A stretch of DNA of 64,000 nucleotides from Bacteroidales bacterium (GTDB lineage Bacteria; Bacteroidota; Bacteroidia; Bacteroidales; PWNQ01), in assembly GCA_021738505.1 (NCBI GenBank), contig JAIPBW010000004.1:8000-71999 (forward strand), given 5' to 3'. How positions within the stretch are numbered: the stretch's first letter is position 1; each line of letters begins with the position of its first letter. Below, piece by piece: positions 10,634-19,724 of the stretch. The notes under the pieces are model-generated. The model made no database searches. It saw nothing but the letters and a program-made list of their open reading frames with translations, and was not told the DNA's origin. The position numbers and the translations under genes are program-made.

Positions 10634-11749
10634 TCAGCTTTTAAGGGTTAAAAACGGATTGTTTTCATTGATCACATGAATAAACCGGTCTTTGCCGACA
10701 TGGTCAATCGTTTTGGCGTGTTTTGGAATTTCCGGGGCTTTTAGTCCTTCGTAAAAAAATGTATCCCCGCTCAAAACTCTGATTTCATCCCACAAACCTT
10801 CTTGGATAAAGGAGTCCAGCAAGAGTTTGCCGCCTTCTACCATGAGCGTTTGTATGTTCAACCCATACAAATAGTTTAATATTTGGGGAATGATCGGTTT
10901 GTCGAAGTCCAATTCGATGTATTCGAGGTTTTTTTTATTGTTTTTTGCTTGTCGGCAGAAAACGAAAGTTGGATATTCCTGATTAAAGAGCTTAAGGTTA
11001 TCTGGTAAAATGTGGTTTTCATCAACTACCAGGCGTAAAGGATCTTTTCCTTTCCATTCCCGCACATTAAGCTGTGGATCATCGTTAAATGCAGTAGTCG
11101 TGCCAACAAGGATAGCAGAATTATGGGCTCTCCATCGATGGACTAAAGTTTTTAGACTTTTGCCGGTTATCCAGTTAATGTGCGGTGACTCATCCGGATG
11201 CCTTTTGATGTCCATATAGCCATCTGTGGTTTGTGCCCATTTCAGAATTACATAGGGCCTGTGGTTATTATGATATGTGAAAAATGCCCGGTTAAGATAA
11301 AAGCACTCATCAACCAAAACTCCGGTTTTTACATTAATTCCGGCAGCTTGCATTTTTCTTATTCCCTGTCCGGCAACTAAACTGTTCGGGTCTTCAGTGC
11401 CGACAACCACATTTTTTATTCCCTCATCAATAATACGATCACTGCAGGGAGGTGTTTTTCCATAGTGGGAGCAAGGTTCCAGGTTGACATACAACGTAGC
11501 CCCGGGTAACAACGATTTGTCTTCCACAGACTCAATGGCATTTACTTCGGCATGTGCCTCGCCATAATATTGGTGATAACCTTCACCAATAATCTGATCT
11601 TTATAAACGATAACAGAACCTACCATTGGGTTGGGTTCTGTGTTGCCTTCTCCCATCCGGGCAACATCCAAACAGCGAGCCATGTATTTTTCTTCGTCCA
11701 TATTTTGTAATATTGCATCAAAATTACATGTTTTCCCTGAATATGACAA
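10634..11749 (-). CDS. ribD: bifunctional diaminohydroxyphosphoribosylaminopyrimidine deaminase / 5-amino-6-(5-phosphoribosylamino)uracil reductase
   Basis: 371 aa with the deaminase zinc motif HAE...PCSHYGKTPPC, followed by a RibD_C reductase domain. Met 11701 (MDEEKYMARCL) is a plausible alternative start. Confidence 0.9.
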   Translation of the reverse strand: MSYSGKTCNFDAILQNMDEEKYMARCLDVARMGEGNTEPNPMVGSVIVYKDQIIGEGYHQYYGEAHAEVNAIESVEDKSLLPGATLYVNLEPCSHYGKTPPCSDRIIDEGIKNVVVGTEDPNSLVAGQGIRKMQAAGINVKTGVLVDECFYLNRAFFTYHNNHRPYVILKWAQTTDGYMDIKRHPDESPHINWITGKSLKTLVHRWRAHNSAILVGTTTAFNDDPQLNVREWKGKDPLRLVVDENHILPDNLKLFNQEYPTFVFCRQAKNNKKNLEYIELDFDKPIIPQILNYLYGLNIQTLMVEGGKLLLDSFIQEGLWDEIRVLSGDTFFYEGLKAPEIPKHAKTIDHVGKDRFIHVINENNPFLTLKS

Positions 11750-12606
11750 AACAAACCATTAAAGGAATTAAAGCACAGATTATTCATTCACTGACAGATC
11801 TGTATGAAAGACAAGAGGCTGAAAGTATCGCCAACCGGATTATAGAAGATGTTTTGAAAACAGATTCATTCGGGACAACAGAGACTACTGTTATAGATGC
11901 CGACCAAAAAACTTTGCTTGAAGATTATCTGTACAAACTCCTTAATTCGGAACCTGTGCAGTATGTTACAGGATATGCCTATTTCAGGGATCTCAAATTG
12001 AAAGTAAATCCTCATGTGCTGATACCCCGTTCGGAAACGGAATTCCTTGTGGAAGAAGTATTGAATCATTATAAAAATTCTGAAGATACTTTGTTTGGGA
12101 TTGACATTGGTACAGGTTCTGGCTGTATTCCTATTTCACTGGAAACGGAATCGAATAAAATGATTATGGAAGCTGTTGATAATTCTGAGTCGGCAATAAA
12201 GCTTGCCAGAGAGAATACTGTGCTTTACAAGACAAAAACGAAGCTTTTAGTTGACGATGTTTTGAATCCGGACTATACGAAATATCGAATTGACAAATAC
12301 GATTTTATGATCAGCAATCCACCTTATGTTTTGGAATCGGATAAAGCCCAAATGCATGAGAATGTGCTGAATTATGAACCGTCTGAAGCCTTGTATGTGT
12401 CAGATAATCATGCGCTGTTATTTTATGATGCTATCGTGCACTTTGCTGATAAAAAACTTAAAAACGGTGGGTGGTTATTTCTGGAAATTCATGAGAGCAA
12501 AGGACAGGAGCTTTACCAATTATTGGAAAAGTGGAATTATGAGCCCATAAAGATAATCAGGGACTTAAATAATAAAGACCGGTTTGTAAAAGCCATGAAA
12601 AAATAA
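11743..12606 (+). CDS. prmC: peptide chain release factor N5-glutamine methyltransferase
   Basis: Met 11743 (MTKQTIK) is chosen over the 5'-extended track ORF (11626), which runs antisense through ribD. Carries the SAM motif DIGTGSGCI and the NPPY motif (ISNPPYV). Confidence 0.85.
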   Translation: MTKQTIKGIKAQIIHSLTDLYERQEAESIANRIIEDVLKTDSFGTTETTVIDADQKTLLEDYLYKLLNSEPVQYVTGYAYFRDLKLKVNPHVLIPRSETEFLVEEVLNHYKNSEDTLFGIDIGTGSGCIPISLETESNKMIMEAVDNSESAIKLARENTVLYKTKTKLLVDDVLNPDYTKYRIDKYDFMISNPPYVLESDKAQMHENVLNYEPSEALYVSDNHALLFYDAIVHFADKKLKNGGWLFLEIHESKGQELYQLLEKWNYEPIKIIRDLNNKDRFVKAMKK

Positions 12607-12610
12607 AAGA

Positions 12611-12639
12611 AAAAGCCCGGAAATGACACCCGGGCTTTT
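12611..12639. terminator. bidirectional intrinsic terminator between convergent prmC and C1 peptidase genes
   Basis: AAAAGCCCGG (12611-12620) pairs perfectly with CCGGGCTTTT (12630-12639) across a 9-nt loop. The A/T runs at the stem ends give a U-tract in either direction. Confidence 0.7.
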
Positions 12640-12642
12640 GAA

Positions 12643-13773
12643 TTAGAAGTTTAATTTATTTTTTATTGATTTGGGAATAGCGTCTTTATGAACCATGATA
12701 GCGACCGTATTTAGTTTTACGTAATTTGCCGTCATATTCAAATATCCGCCGTTTTCATTGCTGTCTGTATCCCAGGAATTTTTTGTCACAAAATATTGAC
12801 GGCCACCGTCGTCTTCAATCAAGCCTGTAAGGTGCATCAAATGATCGTCTGTTGCTTTAAAGGTATTAAATTGTTCCTGCCTTAAATCCTGATCAATCGT
12901 TTTTTCAGGTGTGTCTTTGTCATAGTTTTCGATATCAAAATCTTCATCTTCCGGAACGATGGCCAAAGCTGCTCCGTGATCAAAATATTTATCACTGACA
13001 TCTCCATCCCAGCAAATGGAATATCCATTTTTTAAGGAATATTTCATAACATCCATAAGAGCATCAACCGGAAGGTTGTAATAGTCAGCATAGTCCCAGT
13101 TATCGGGGATTTCCAGACGGAATTTTGTATAAAACGAATGATGAGCATAGGAGGTAAGTTCCACATAGTCTTCTGTATTGAAATCCATCTTTTTTGTAAA
13201 ACTTACAGGATTATACGATTTATCCTTGATTTTAAAATGTTCAGGTACAGCTCCTAAATACACATCTAATACCGATTGAAATCCTTCATGCCATACTGAT
13301 GTGTTGCCGCGTCCTTTAGCTGCAAGGACCCCGTCAACATAGCCTTTTAAAACCTTATCCAACTCGCTATGATTGGGTTTTTCCTGCCCGGGAATCATAC
13401 CATCGTAATGTTCTTCAGGAATCATTCCATGATCTTGTATGGTTTTCATAACATCATGAGCCTGACCACCGGCAGAAAAATTAGCTTTTCCGTGAAGCCG
13501 AACGTAGTTTTTGGCTTTGCGGGAATAAGCATGCTTCACAAAAAACATTTCCGAAAGATCATAACTTCCTTTTCCCTGACGGATGAGTTCTGTTTCTATA
13601 AATGAACATGCAGCATAGCTCCAGCATGTGCCGGAACGATGTTGATCTTTTACAGTTGTGGTTTTTACGCTGGCAAGCGTGTCAAATTGCAATGTATCTT
13701 GCTTGTTGTTTTGTGCTGAACCAATTGATAAAGACAGCACAAAAAGACTGATGAATAATAATTTGATTTGCAT
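12643..13773 (-). CDS. C1-family cysteine peptidase (aminopeptidase C / bleomycin hydrolase-like), secreted
   Basis: 376 aa with a signal peptide. The active-site context QHRSGTCWSYA is typical of papain-fold C1B peptidases. Confidence 0.75.
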   Translation of the reverse strand: MQIKLLFISLFVLSLSIGSAQNNKQDTLQFDTLASVKTTTVKDQHRSGTCWSYAACSFIETELIRQGKGSYDLSEMFFVKHAYSRKAKNYVRLHGKANFSAGGQAHDVMKTIQDHGMIPEEHYDGMIPGQEKPNHSELDKVLKGYVDGVLAAKGRGNTSVWHEGFQSVLDVYLGAVPEHFKIKDKSYNPVSFTKKMDFNTEDYVELTSYAHHSFYTKFRLEIPDNWDYADYYNLPVDALMDVMKYSLKNGYSICWDGDVSDKYFDHGAALAIVPEDEDFDIENYDKDTPEKTIDQDLRQEQFNTFKATDDHLMHLTGLIEDDGGRQYFVTKNSWDTDSNENGGYLNMTANYVKLNTVAIMVHKDAIPKSIKNKLNF

Positions 13774-13896
13774 TTTCTTTTATTTAATTTGTTTCTTTAA
13801 TATTTGCCAGAATTTTTCTTTGCTTTTTTACTTTTAAATATATGAACAATGAGCGTATCATAACGAATTCAATTTGTAGCTTTTAATAATATAGGT

Positions 13897-14541
13897 CTAC
13901 AGATCCGGCCATTCCCTGTAAAATTGTTCCAGAAAACGTTCCATAAACGCATGCCTTTCTTCTGCTATTTTCTTTGCTGTGGCCGTATTCATTTTGTCCT
14001 TCAGCAAGAGTAATTTTTCATAAAAGTGGTTGATTGTAGGGCTTTTGTTGTTCTTATATTGATTGTAACTGGTGTGACAGACGGGTTTGATCCCGGGATC
14101 ATAAACCGGGCGCTGCATTTTGCCTCCGTAAGCAAACGTTCTTGCAATACCAATGGCGCCAATAGCATCCAGCCTGTCGGCATCCTGCACACACATAGCC
14201 TCTATGCTCTGCGGTTTATCATCAACTCGTGCTCCTTTAAATGATGTCTGTTGAATAATTGAAAGCACTTTTTGTATCACAGATTGATCCTCCAGAAATG
14301 TGGAAAGGAAGTTGTTGGCAATGGGCAAATTCTCTTCATCGCCACCGCCTTTGTAATCATCCAGGTCATGAAGTAATGCAGCGAGTTGCGTAAGAAAAAT
14401 ATCTGCATTTTCTTCTTTTGCAAGCTTTATTGCCAGTTTTTCAACCCTTTTGATATGCCAGTAATCATGTCCTGAAGTATCATCTTTATGATGATCGGAA
14501 ATAAAGTTTTCGGCTTTAGAAATGATTGATCTTTGAGTCAT
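13897..14541 (-). CDS. HD domain phosphohydrolase
   Basis: Start moved to Met 14541 (MTQRSII). Carries HD signatures HIKRVEKLA and LLHDLDD. Confidence 0.75.
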   Translation of the reverse strand: MTQRSIISKAENFISDHHKDDTSGHDYWHIKRVEKLAIKLAKEENADIFLTQLAALLHDLDDYKGGGDEENLPIANNFLSTFLEDQSVIQKVLSIIQQTSFKGARVDDKPQSIEAMCVQDADRLDAIGAIGIARTFAYGGKMQRPVYDPGIKPVCHTSYNQYKNNKSPTINHFYEKLLLLKDKMNTATAKKIAEERHAFMERFLEQFYREWPDL

Positions 14542-14684
14542 ATTGTATACCTTTGAACACAACTTTAAATAAAAACCGGTTTAATTCTCTCTTTCCTTAT
14601 TCCTATTATGTTATAACATCAGTATAACAATAAAAAACGGAATTTTCGGAGCGAAAAATTGCGGCTGCTAAAGTACGAACTAAT

Positions 14685-15374
14685 ATGGAAATGAAAGATA
14701 AAGTAATTGAAAAGCTAAAAAGTTTATCAGAACCGGCCTATAAAGAAAAAATGTCAAGTTTTGGCGTGCGTTCAACCTATGCGCTGGGAGTAAGAACTCC
14801 TCACATAAGAAATATCGCAAAAGAACTTGGGCAAAATCATCATTTAGCAATGGAGCTTTGGCATTCCGGTATTCACGAAGCTCGAATGCTTAGCACTATG
14901 CTCGCTGATGCTGATCAAATGTCAGTGGAAGACATGGAACAGTTGTTAGATGTTGTGTATTCCTGGGATCTCTGTGATGGATTGTGTTTTAACTTATTTT
15001 ATCAACATCAAAAAGCCTGGTTGCTTCCATATCAATGGATGCAGTCCGAAAAGGAATTTACGAAAAGAGCCGGATATGCAATGATAGCGAAATTGGCATT
15101 AGGGAATAAAACAGTTTCTGATGATTGCTATATCGATTACCTATCCCAAATTCCGGGTTATGCTGATGATGAACGTTCATTGGTTAAAAAATCAGTAAGT
15201 TGGGCTGTCAGACAGATTGGAAAACGAAACCTTAATCTAAATGCACACGCACAGAAGACCGCTGAACAATTAATGGCATCTTTTAATAAAGGGGCACGCT
15301 GGGCAGGAAACGATGCTCATAAAGAGTTGAAAAGTTCAGCTGTTCAGGATAGACTAAATCGCCGCGCACGTTGA
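14685..15374 (+). CDS. DNA alkylation repair protein (AlkD-like HEAT-repeat family)
   Basis: 229 aa and all-helical. The YSWDLCD and SWAVRQIGK segments resemble the DNA_alkylation family. Confidence 0.7.
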   Translation: MEMKDKVIEKLKSLSEPAYKEKMSSFGVRSTYALGVRTPHIRNIAKELGQNHHLAMELWHSGIHEARMLSTMLADADQMSVEDMEQLLDVVYSWDLCDGLCFNLFYQHQKAWLLPYQWMQSEKEFTKRAGYAMIAKLALGNKTVSDDCYIDYLSQIPGYADDERSLVKKSVSWAVRQIGKRNLNLNAHAQKTAEQLMASFNKGARWAGNDAHKELKSSAVQDRLNRRAR

Positions 15375-15414
15375 AATAATTAAAAGGGGATTGGTGTTGT
15401 TATTTGTCTGATAC

Positions 15415-15447
15415 ACAAACGACCGGAGAATATTTCCGGTCGTTTGT
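15415..15447. terminator. hairpin between convergent genes (probable terminator)
   Basis: ACAAACGACCGG (15415-15426) pairs perfectly with CCGGTCGTTTGT (15436-15447) across a 9-nt loop. There is no strong U-tract on either side. Confidence 0.5.
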
Positions 15448-15472
15448 TAGTAGAAAACTATTTTATCAAAAG

Positions 15473-16261
15473 CTATTCAGATTTTGACATACCTTCAATT
15501 TTCTTTTCCAGTTGAGAAAGTTTCTTCTGATACTCTTTGATCTGCTTATCTTGATCCTGCAATTGTTTTTCCAAAGGTTCTACTTTCTCTGTTACTTTCT
15601 TTTCACTTTGAGAAGTAGAATCCTGAATAGACTTTTCTGTTTCTTGTTTTATCTCATTATGCTTTTGATCAGCCTTTTTCTGGAAATCCTGCATGTCTTT
15701 TTTCAACTGATTGACTTTTGAATCCTGTTGTTTAACCGATTGTTGCTGTTCTTTTTCAAGTTTATCCACAGACGAGTTGGTAAAGGTTTTCAAATTTGTC
15801 AGATCTTCCTGAAGTTTCTTGTTCGTTTTTTGTAATTTAGAATTTAGGATAACAGCGATAATAACTATGATTATTAACAAAATAGCACCTGTTATAAAAA
15901 TCCCATTCCAAATTGAATTGTGTTCTTGAGAAAGTTCAGTTATTTGTTCACTGGTTTTATCATCGGTTTTTGTTAATCCCTGATCCAGTAACTCGATTTT
16001 GTCATCATGCGTGTTTAACTTAGCTTGCAAGGACTGCAGATTTTCATCATTTTCCGATAGTTGCTGCTCATAGGTACTTGTTTTTTTCTGCTGAGCTTGT
16101 CGAAATACAGAGAATGATCGTTTTAACTGCTGGTTTTCTGTTTTCAGGTTGTCGATTTCTTCTTTGAGAACATCAATATCCTGCTGACTGAGCTGGTTTT
16201 CCTGGGCAAAAATCGAAAGGCTTATGCCAAGAAAAATTACAATAGGTAGGAAGTACTTCAT
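15473..16261 (-). CDS. hypothetical coiled-coil membrane protein
   Basis: Start moved to Met 16261 (MKYFLPIVIFLG, signal-like). It has Gln/Lys/Glu-rich heptad-like sequence on both sides of one central TM helix (IFITGAILLIIIVIIAVIL). Confidence 0.5.
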   Translation of the reverse strand: MKYFLPIVIFLGISLSIFAQENQLSQQDIDVLKEEIDNLKTENQQLKRSFSVFRQAQQKKTSTYEQQLSENDENLQSLQAKLNTHDDKIELLDQGLTKTDDKTSEQITELSQEHNSIWNGIFITGAILLIIIVIIAVILNSKLQKTNKKLQEDLTNLKTFTNSSVDKLEKEQQQSVKQQDSKVNQLKKDMQDFQKKADQKHNEIKQETEKSIQDSTSQSEKKVTEKVEPLEKQLQDQDKQIKEYQKKLSQLEKKIEGMSKSE

Positions 16262-16387
16262 AGTTTTTATTTTTTTAATTAGGCCGTTAATATACAAATA
16301 ATTAAGTCGATAAGCAAGTGAAAAACAACAAGATTAATAAAACTTTTTACTTTACATCCGCAGCCGGAATTTGTATATTCGTACAAA

Positions 16388-16771
16388 TTGAATGTAATGC
16401 TTAATCAAAACTTTTATATCGCCCTTGGAAATTTTCTGTATTCCGTTTACTATGGTGATTTGTTGTATAAAGAAATGAGCCGTACGGATTTTTTTGGAAA
16501 GATTAAACAGTATTTTATTCCTAAAGAAGAAGAGGCTGATGAATTTGGAACGAATAAAAGTTTTTATTGTATTTTTGAAATCGAACGATTAGCCGATCAG
16601 CATGCAGACCCTTTTCGCTCTTTCCATATTTTTGAAGATTATTTTACGAACCATAAATTTGAATTTAGTCAAAAGATAAAAAGCGAAATTTCTTCTTTGC
16701 TGGATGAGATTTTAGGAAAAAAACAACCCAATAGCTCCCTTACCTTTGTTAAAAAATTTCAAAAATTATAG
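16388..16771 (+). CDS. hypothetical protein
   Basis: 127-aa ORF with a TTG start in the track; an ATG follows at 16397. No recognisable motif. Supported only by the fact that it fills an otherwise empty gap. Confidence 0.35.
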   Translation: MNVMLNQNFYIALGNFLYSVYYGDLLYKEMSRTDFFGKIKQYFIPKEEEADEFGTNKSFYCIFEIERLADQHADPFRSFHIFEDYFTNHKFEFSQKIKSEISSLLDEILGKKQPNSSLTFVKKFQKL

Positions 16772-16880
16772 AACTTCTTATTTATCTGACATATATAACA
16801 AGAGGAATTTACAGTGAAAGTATGAACATTATTCATAAAAAATATGTTTATTTGCGTAAATAAATTTCAAAATTAAATTC

Positions 16881-17861
16881 ATGCTTTGTATTTATTCACC
16901 CGAGACAAATCCGGCGTTTAATATTGCCAGTGAAGAATATTTAATGAAAAACATTGATCAGGATGTGTTTTTGTTATATATCAATGGACCTTCGATTATA
17001 GTAGGAAAACATCAAAATACACTTTCTGAGATCAATGTAGATTACGTAAAAGAAAACAATATTGAAATCGTTCGCCGGCTTTCCGGTGGAGGAGCAGTAT
17101 TTCATGATCAGGGAAATTTGAATTTTGCGTTTATAAAGAAAGGGGAGGACACCAATCTGGTCGATTTTCAGAAGTTTACAATTCCTATTCTGGATGTTTT
17201 GCGTAAATTAGATATTAATGCAAAGTTTGAAGGAAGAAATGATTTGACCATCGAAGGCAAGAAGTTTTCCGGAAATGCAGAGCACGTATATAAAAACAAG
17301 GTGTTGCACCATGGAACATTGCTTTTTTCTTCCAAAATGGAAGACCTGGGAAAAGCCTTGAATGTTAATCCCAGAAAATTTAAAGATAAAGCAGTGAAGT
17401 CTGTCAAAAGTCGTGTAACAAACATAAAAGAACACCTGCAAAAGGATATGAGTGTGGATGAGTTTGCTGAAATGCTTATGCAGGACATTATGCAGACAGA
17501 ACCGGAGAGTAAACGTTATGAATATACTGAGGCAGACCAAGAAGCTATTCAAAGTCTGGTGGAGCAGAAATACGGTACATGGGAGTGGAACTTTGGTTAC
17601 TCGCCAAAATATAATTTTTCAAGATATACGACAACACAAGGTGGACATATCGAAGTAAACCTTGATGTGATTGACGGTGTTATTAATAATGTTAAGTTTT
17701 TTGGAGATTTTTTCAGTAGTAAAGATATCGGAGAAATTGAGGATGCACTGAAAGGCATACAGCATAATGAGGTGAAAATTCGCAAACAACTTGAGGACTT
17801 TAATATCAGCCAGTATTTTAATAAAGTGACACTTGATGAACTGGTAGGATGTTTGTTTTAA
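16881..17861 (+). CDS. lplA: lipoate--protein ligase
   Basis: 326 aa with RRLSGGGAVFHDQGNLNF and GRNDLTIEGKKFSGNA motifs of LplA-type ligases, plus the C-terminal accessory domain. Confidence 0.85.
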   Translation: MLCIYSPETNPAFNIASEEYLMKNIDQDVFLLYINGPSIIVGKHQNTLSEINVDYVKENNIEIVRRLSGGGAVFHDQGNLNFAFIKKGEDTNLVDFQKFTIPILDVLRKLDINAKFEGRNDLTIEGKKFSGNAEHVYKNKVLHHGTLLFSSKMEDLGKALNVNPRKFKDKAVKSVKSRVTNIKEHLQKDMSVDEFAEMLMQDIMQTEPESKRYEYTEADQEAIQSLVEQKYGTWEWNFGYSPKYNFSRYTTTQGGHIEVNLDVIDGVINNVKFFGDFFSSKDIGEIEDALKGIQHNEVKIRKQLEDFNISQYFNKVTLDELVGCLF

Positions 17862-17930
17862 TGGTTTTACATGTGAGGGGCCCGATAGCTCTCGGATAGC
17901 GAACAAAGAGATTATCAAACTACATATACC

Positions 17931-17966
17931 ACTTAATCAACTAATTTAACTCAATCAACTCAATAA
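17931..17966. repeat. member of GATTAAGTTGA-core intergenic repeat family (reverse orientation)
   Basis: ACTTAATCAACTAATTTAACTCAATCAACTCAATAA. Its reverse complement contains GTTGATTAAGT and GAGTTGATTGAGTT, related to the arms at 38739, 39150, 44668 and 29920. Confidence 0.5.
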
Positions 17967-18055
17967 AAAACAATAAGCCCCGAAGGAGAAATCACGGGAT
18001 AGGCCGGCAATAATGAGTTATTGACTATCGATATCAATCTTAAAATTAAAATTAT

Positions 18056-18871
18056 ATGGACTTAAATCAACTACTAAAAAGACTGTGGACAGATTACACA
18101 GAGCAGAATCCGCATGCAAAAAAAGTATATGACTTGTTTGTTTCGGAGGGTAATCAAGTTGTGGATGACCATATTGCTTTTCGTACGTTCAATGATCCCA
18201 GGGTTAATATTGATGTTTTGGCCGGAATATTCCGGAAATATGGTTATAAAGAGAAAAACTCATATGATTTTCAGGAAAAGCATCTTTTTGCAAAGCATTA
18301 TGAGCACCCCGACGGAAAGTACCCCCGCATATTTATCAGCGAGTTGATACTCGAAGAATTTAGTGATGAATTAAAACTCTTAGCAGAAAAGCAAGTCGAT
18401 CGTATTCCATCGCATATCTTACAGTCTGAAGAATTATTGTTTTCAGGTATTGCCTGGAAGCCGATACGCTACGATATTTATAATAAGTTTCTCAAAGAAT
18501 CGGAATATGCAGCCTGGCTATACAGTAACGGCTTTCGCGTGAATCATTTTGCAATCAGCATCAATGAACTTGATACTTTTGAGGACATTCATGCCGTAAA
18601 CAAATATCTGAAGGATCAGGGCTTTTTATTGAATGACTCAGGAGGAGAAGTAAAAGGTTCCCCGGAGGTACTATTGGAACAATCCAGCATCAGAGCGGGA
18701 AAACAAAAAGTGGATTTTGAAGAAGGACAGTATGAAGTGCCTACCTGCTATTACGAATTTACGAAAAGATACAAAGATCAGGATGAGAGTTTCTACTCCG
18801 GATTTATAGCCAAGTCAGCCGATAAAATTTTTGAAAGTACTGACAATTACGATCTGGAATTATATACCTAA
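18056..18871 (+). CDS. DUF1338 / 2-oxoadipate dioxygenase-decarboxylase (HglS-like) family protein
   Basis: 271 aa. The N-terminal WTDYTEQNPHAKKVYDLF...DHIAFRTF pattern is characteristic of DUF1338. Confidence 0.65.
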   Translation: MDLNQLLKRLWTDYTEQNPHAKKVYDLFVSEGNQVVDDHIAFRTFNDPRVNIDVLAGIFRKYGYKEKNSYDFQEKHLFAKHYEHPDGKYPRIFISELILEEFSDELKLLAEKQVDRIPSHILQSEELLFSGIAWKPIRYDIYNKFLKESEYAAWLYSNGFRVNHFAISINELDTFEDIHAVNKYLKDQGFLLNDSGGEVKGSPEVLLEQSSIRAGKQKVDFEEGQYEVPTCYYEFTKRYKDQDESFYSGFIAKSADKIFESTDNYDLELYT

Positions 18872-18898
18872 TACTAAGATCTATTATTTAAACGAGAG

Positions 18899-18928
18899 AA
18901 AGCCGCAGGAAATCCTGTGGCTTTTTTT
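18899..18928 (+). terminator. intrinsic terminator after the DUF1338 gene
   Basis: AAAGCCGCAGG / CCTGTGGCTTT forms an 11-bp stem (one G-U pair) with a 4-nt loop, followed by a T7 run. Confidence 0.75.
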
Positions 18929-18974
18929 ATTCTATTTTTATCTAATCGTGAACAGCTATAAATGGGATTTTTTT

Positions 18975-19685
18975 CTATTTGTACATAAGAAAAATAACAT
19001 TTCGCTTATGTATGGGAGGAACTTGTTGATTTTTCCATTCTCCGGCCGTATAGACCAACATTTGCTCATCAGGAGTAGTTAACTCAATACCCAGCGCAAT
19101 TTTTGTGTCCGGAGAGCAGATCTTTAGCATAGCTTTGAACATTTTCAAATTCCGGTAGGGTGTCTCAATAAATATTTGCGTTTGATGTTCTTTGTAGACT
19201 AACTTTTCCAAAAATTTCAGTTTGTTATCCCGTTCTTTATCAGCTATCGGAAGATAGCCATGGAATGAAAAATTTTGACCGGAAAAACCACTGGCCATTA
19301 ACCCGAGCATAATTGAAGAGGGGCCGGTAAAGGGAACGACCTTCACTTGAAATTCATGGGCTTTACTGACAAGTGAAGAGCCCGGATCTGCAACACAGGG
19401 GATACCTGACTCCGAAAGTAATCCGATATCCTCACCCTGAATGAGCCGCATGATAATTTCCGTTAATTCATCGTCAGTGGAATGCTTGGTTACACTTAAA
19501 AATTCCAGTTCGTCAACAGGAGTGGGGATACCGCTTTTAATCAGATATCTGCGGGCTGTCCGGACATTTTCTACAGCAAACAATTTGAGGTTATGCATCT
19601 TTTTAATAACAGCTTGTGGTAAAACTTCATCAGCAGATGATGGCCCCAATAGTGTTGGAAGAAGATATAATGTTCCTTTTTGCAT
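18975..19685 (-). CDS. tetrapyrrole-methylase-fold SAM-dependent methyltransferase (RsmI-like)
   Basis: Start moved to Met 19685 (MQKGTLYLLPT). LLSESGIPCVADPGS resembles the SDAGxPxxSDPG motif of the RsmI/YraL family. Confidence 0.7.
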   Translation of the reverse strand: MQKGTLYLLPTLLGPSSADEVLPQAVIKKMHNLKLFAVENVRTARRYLIKSGIPTPVDELEFLSVTKHSTDDELTEIIMRLIQGEDIGLLSESGIPCVADPGSSLVSKAHEFQVKVVPFTGPSSIMLGLMASGFSGQNFSFHGYLPIADKERDNKLKFLEKLVYKEHQTQIFIETPYRNLKMFKAMLKICSPDTKIALGIELTTPDEQMLVYTAGEWKNQQVPPIHKRNVIFLMYK

Positions 19686-19724
19686 AAATGGTTGTTTTAT
19701 GGTTAAAACCAAAATATTTGTTAA

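Noticed and set aside
11626-11742. 5' extension of the prmC ORF
   Set aside because: It runs antisense through the ribD N-terminal coding region and has no PrmC-like sequence. Met 11743 fits.
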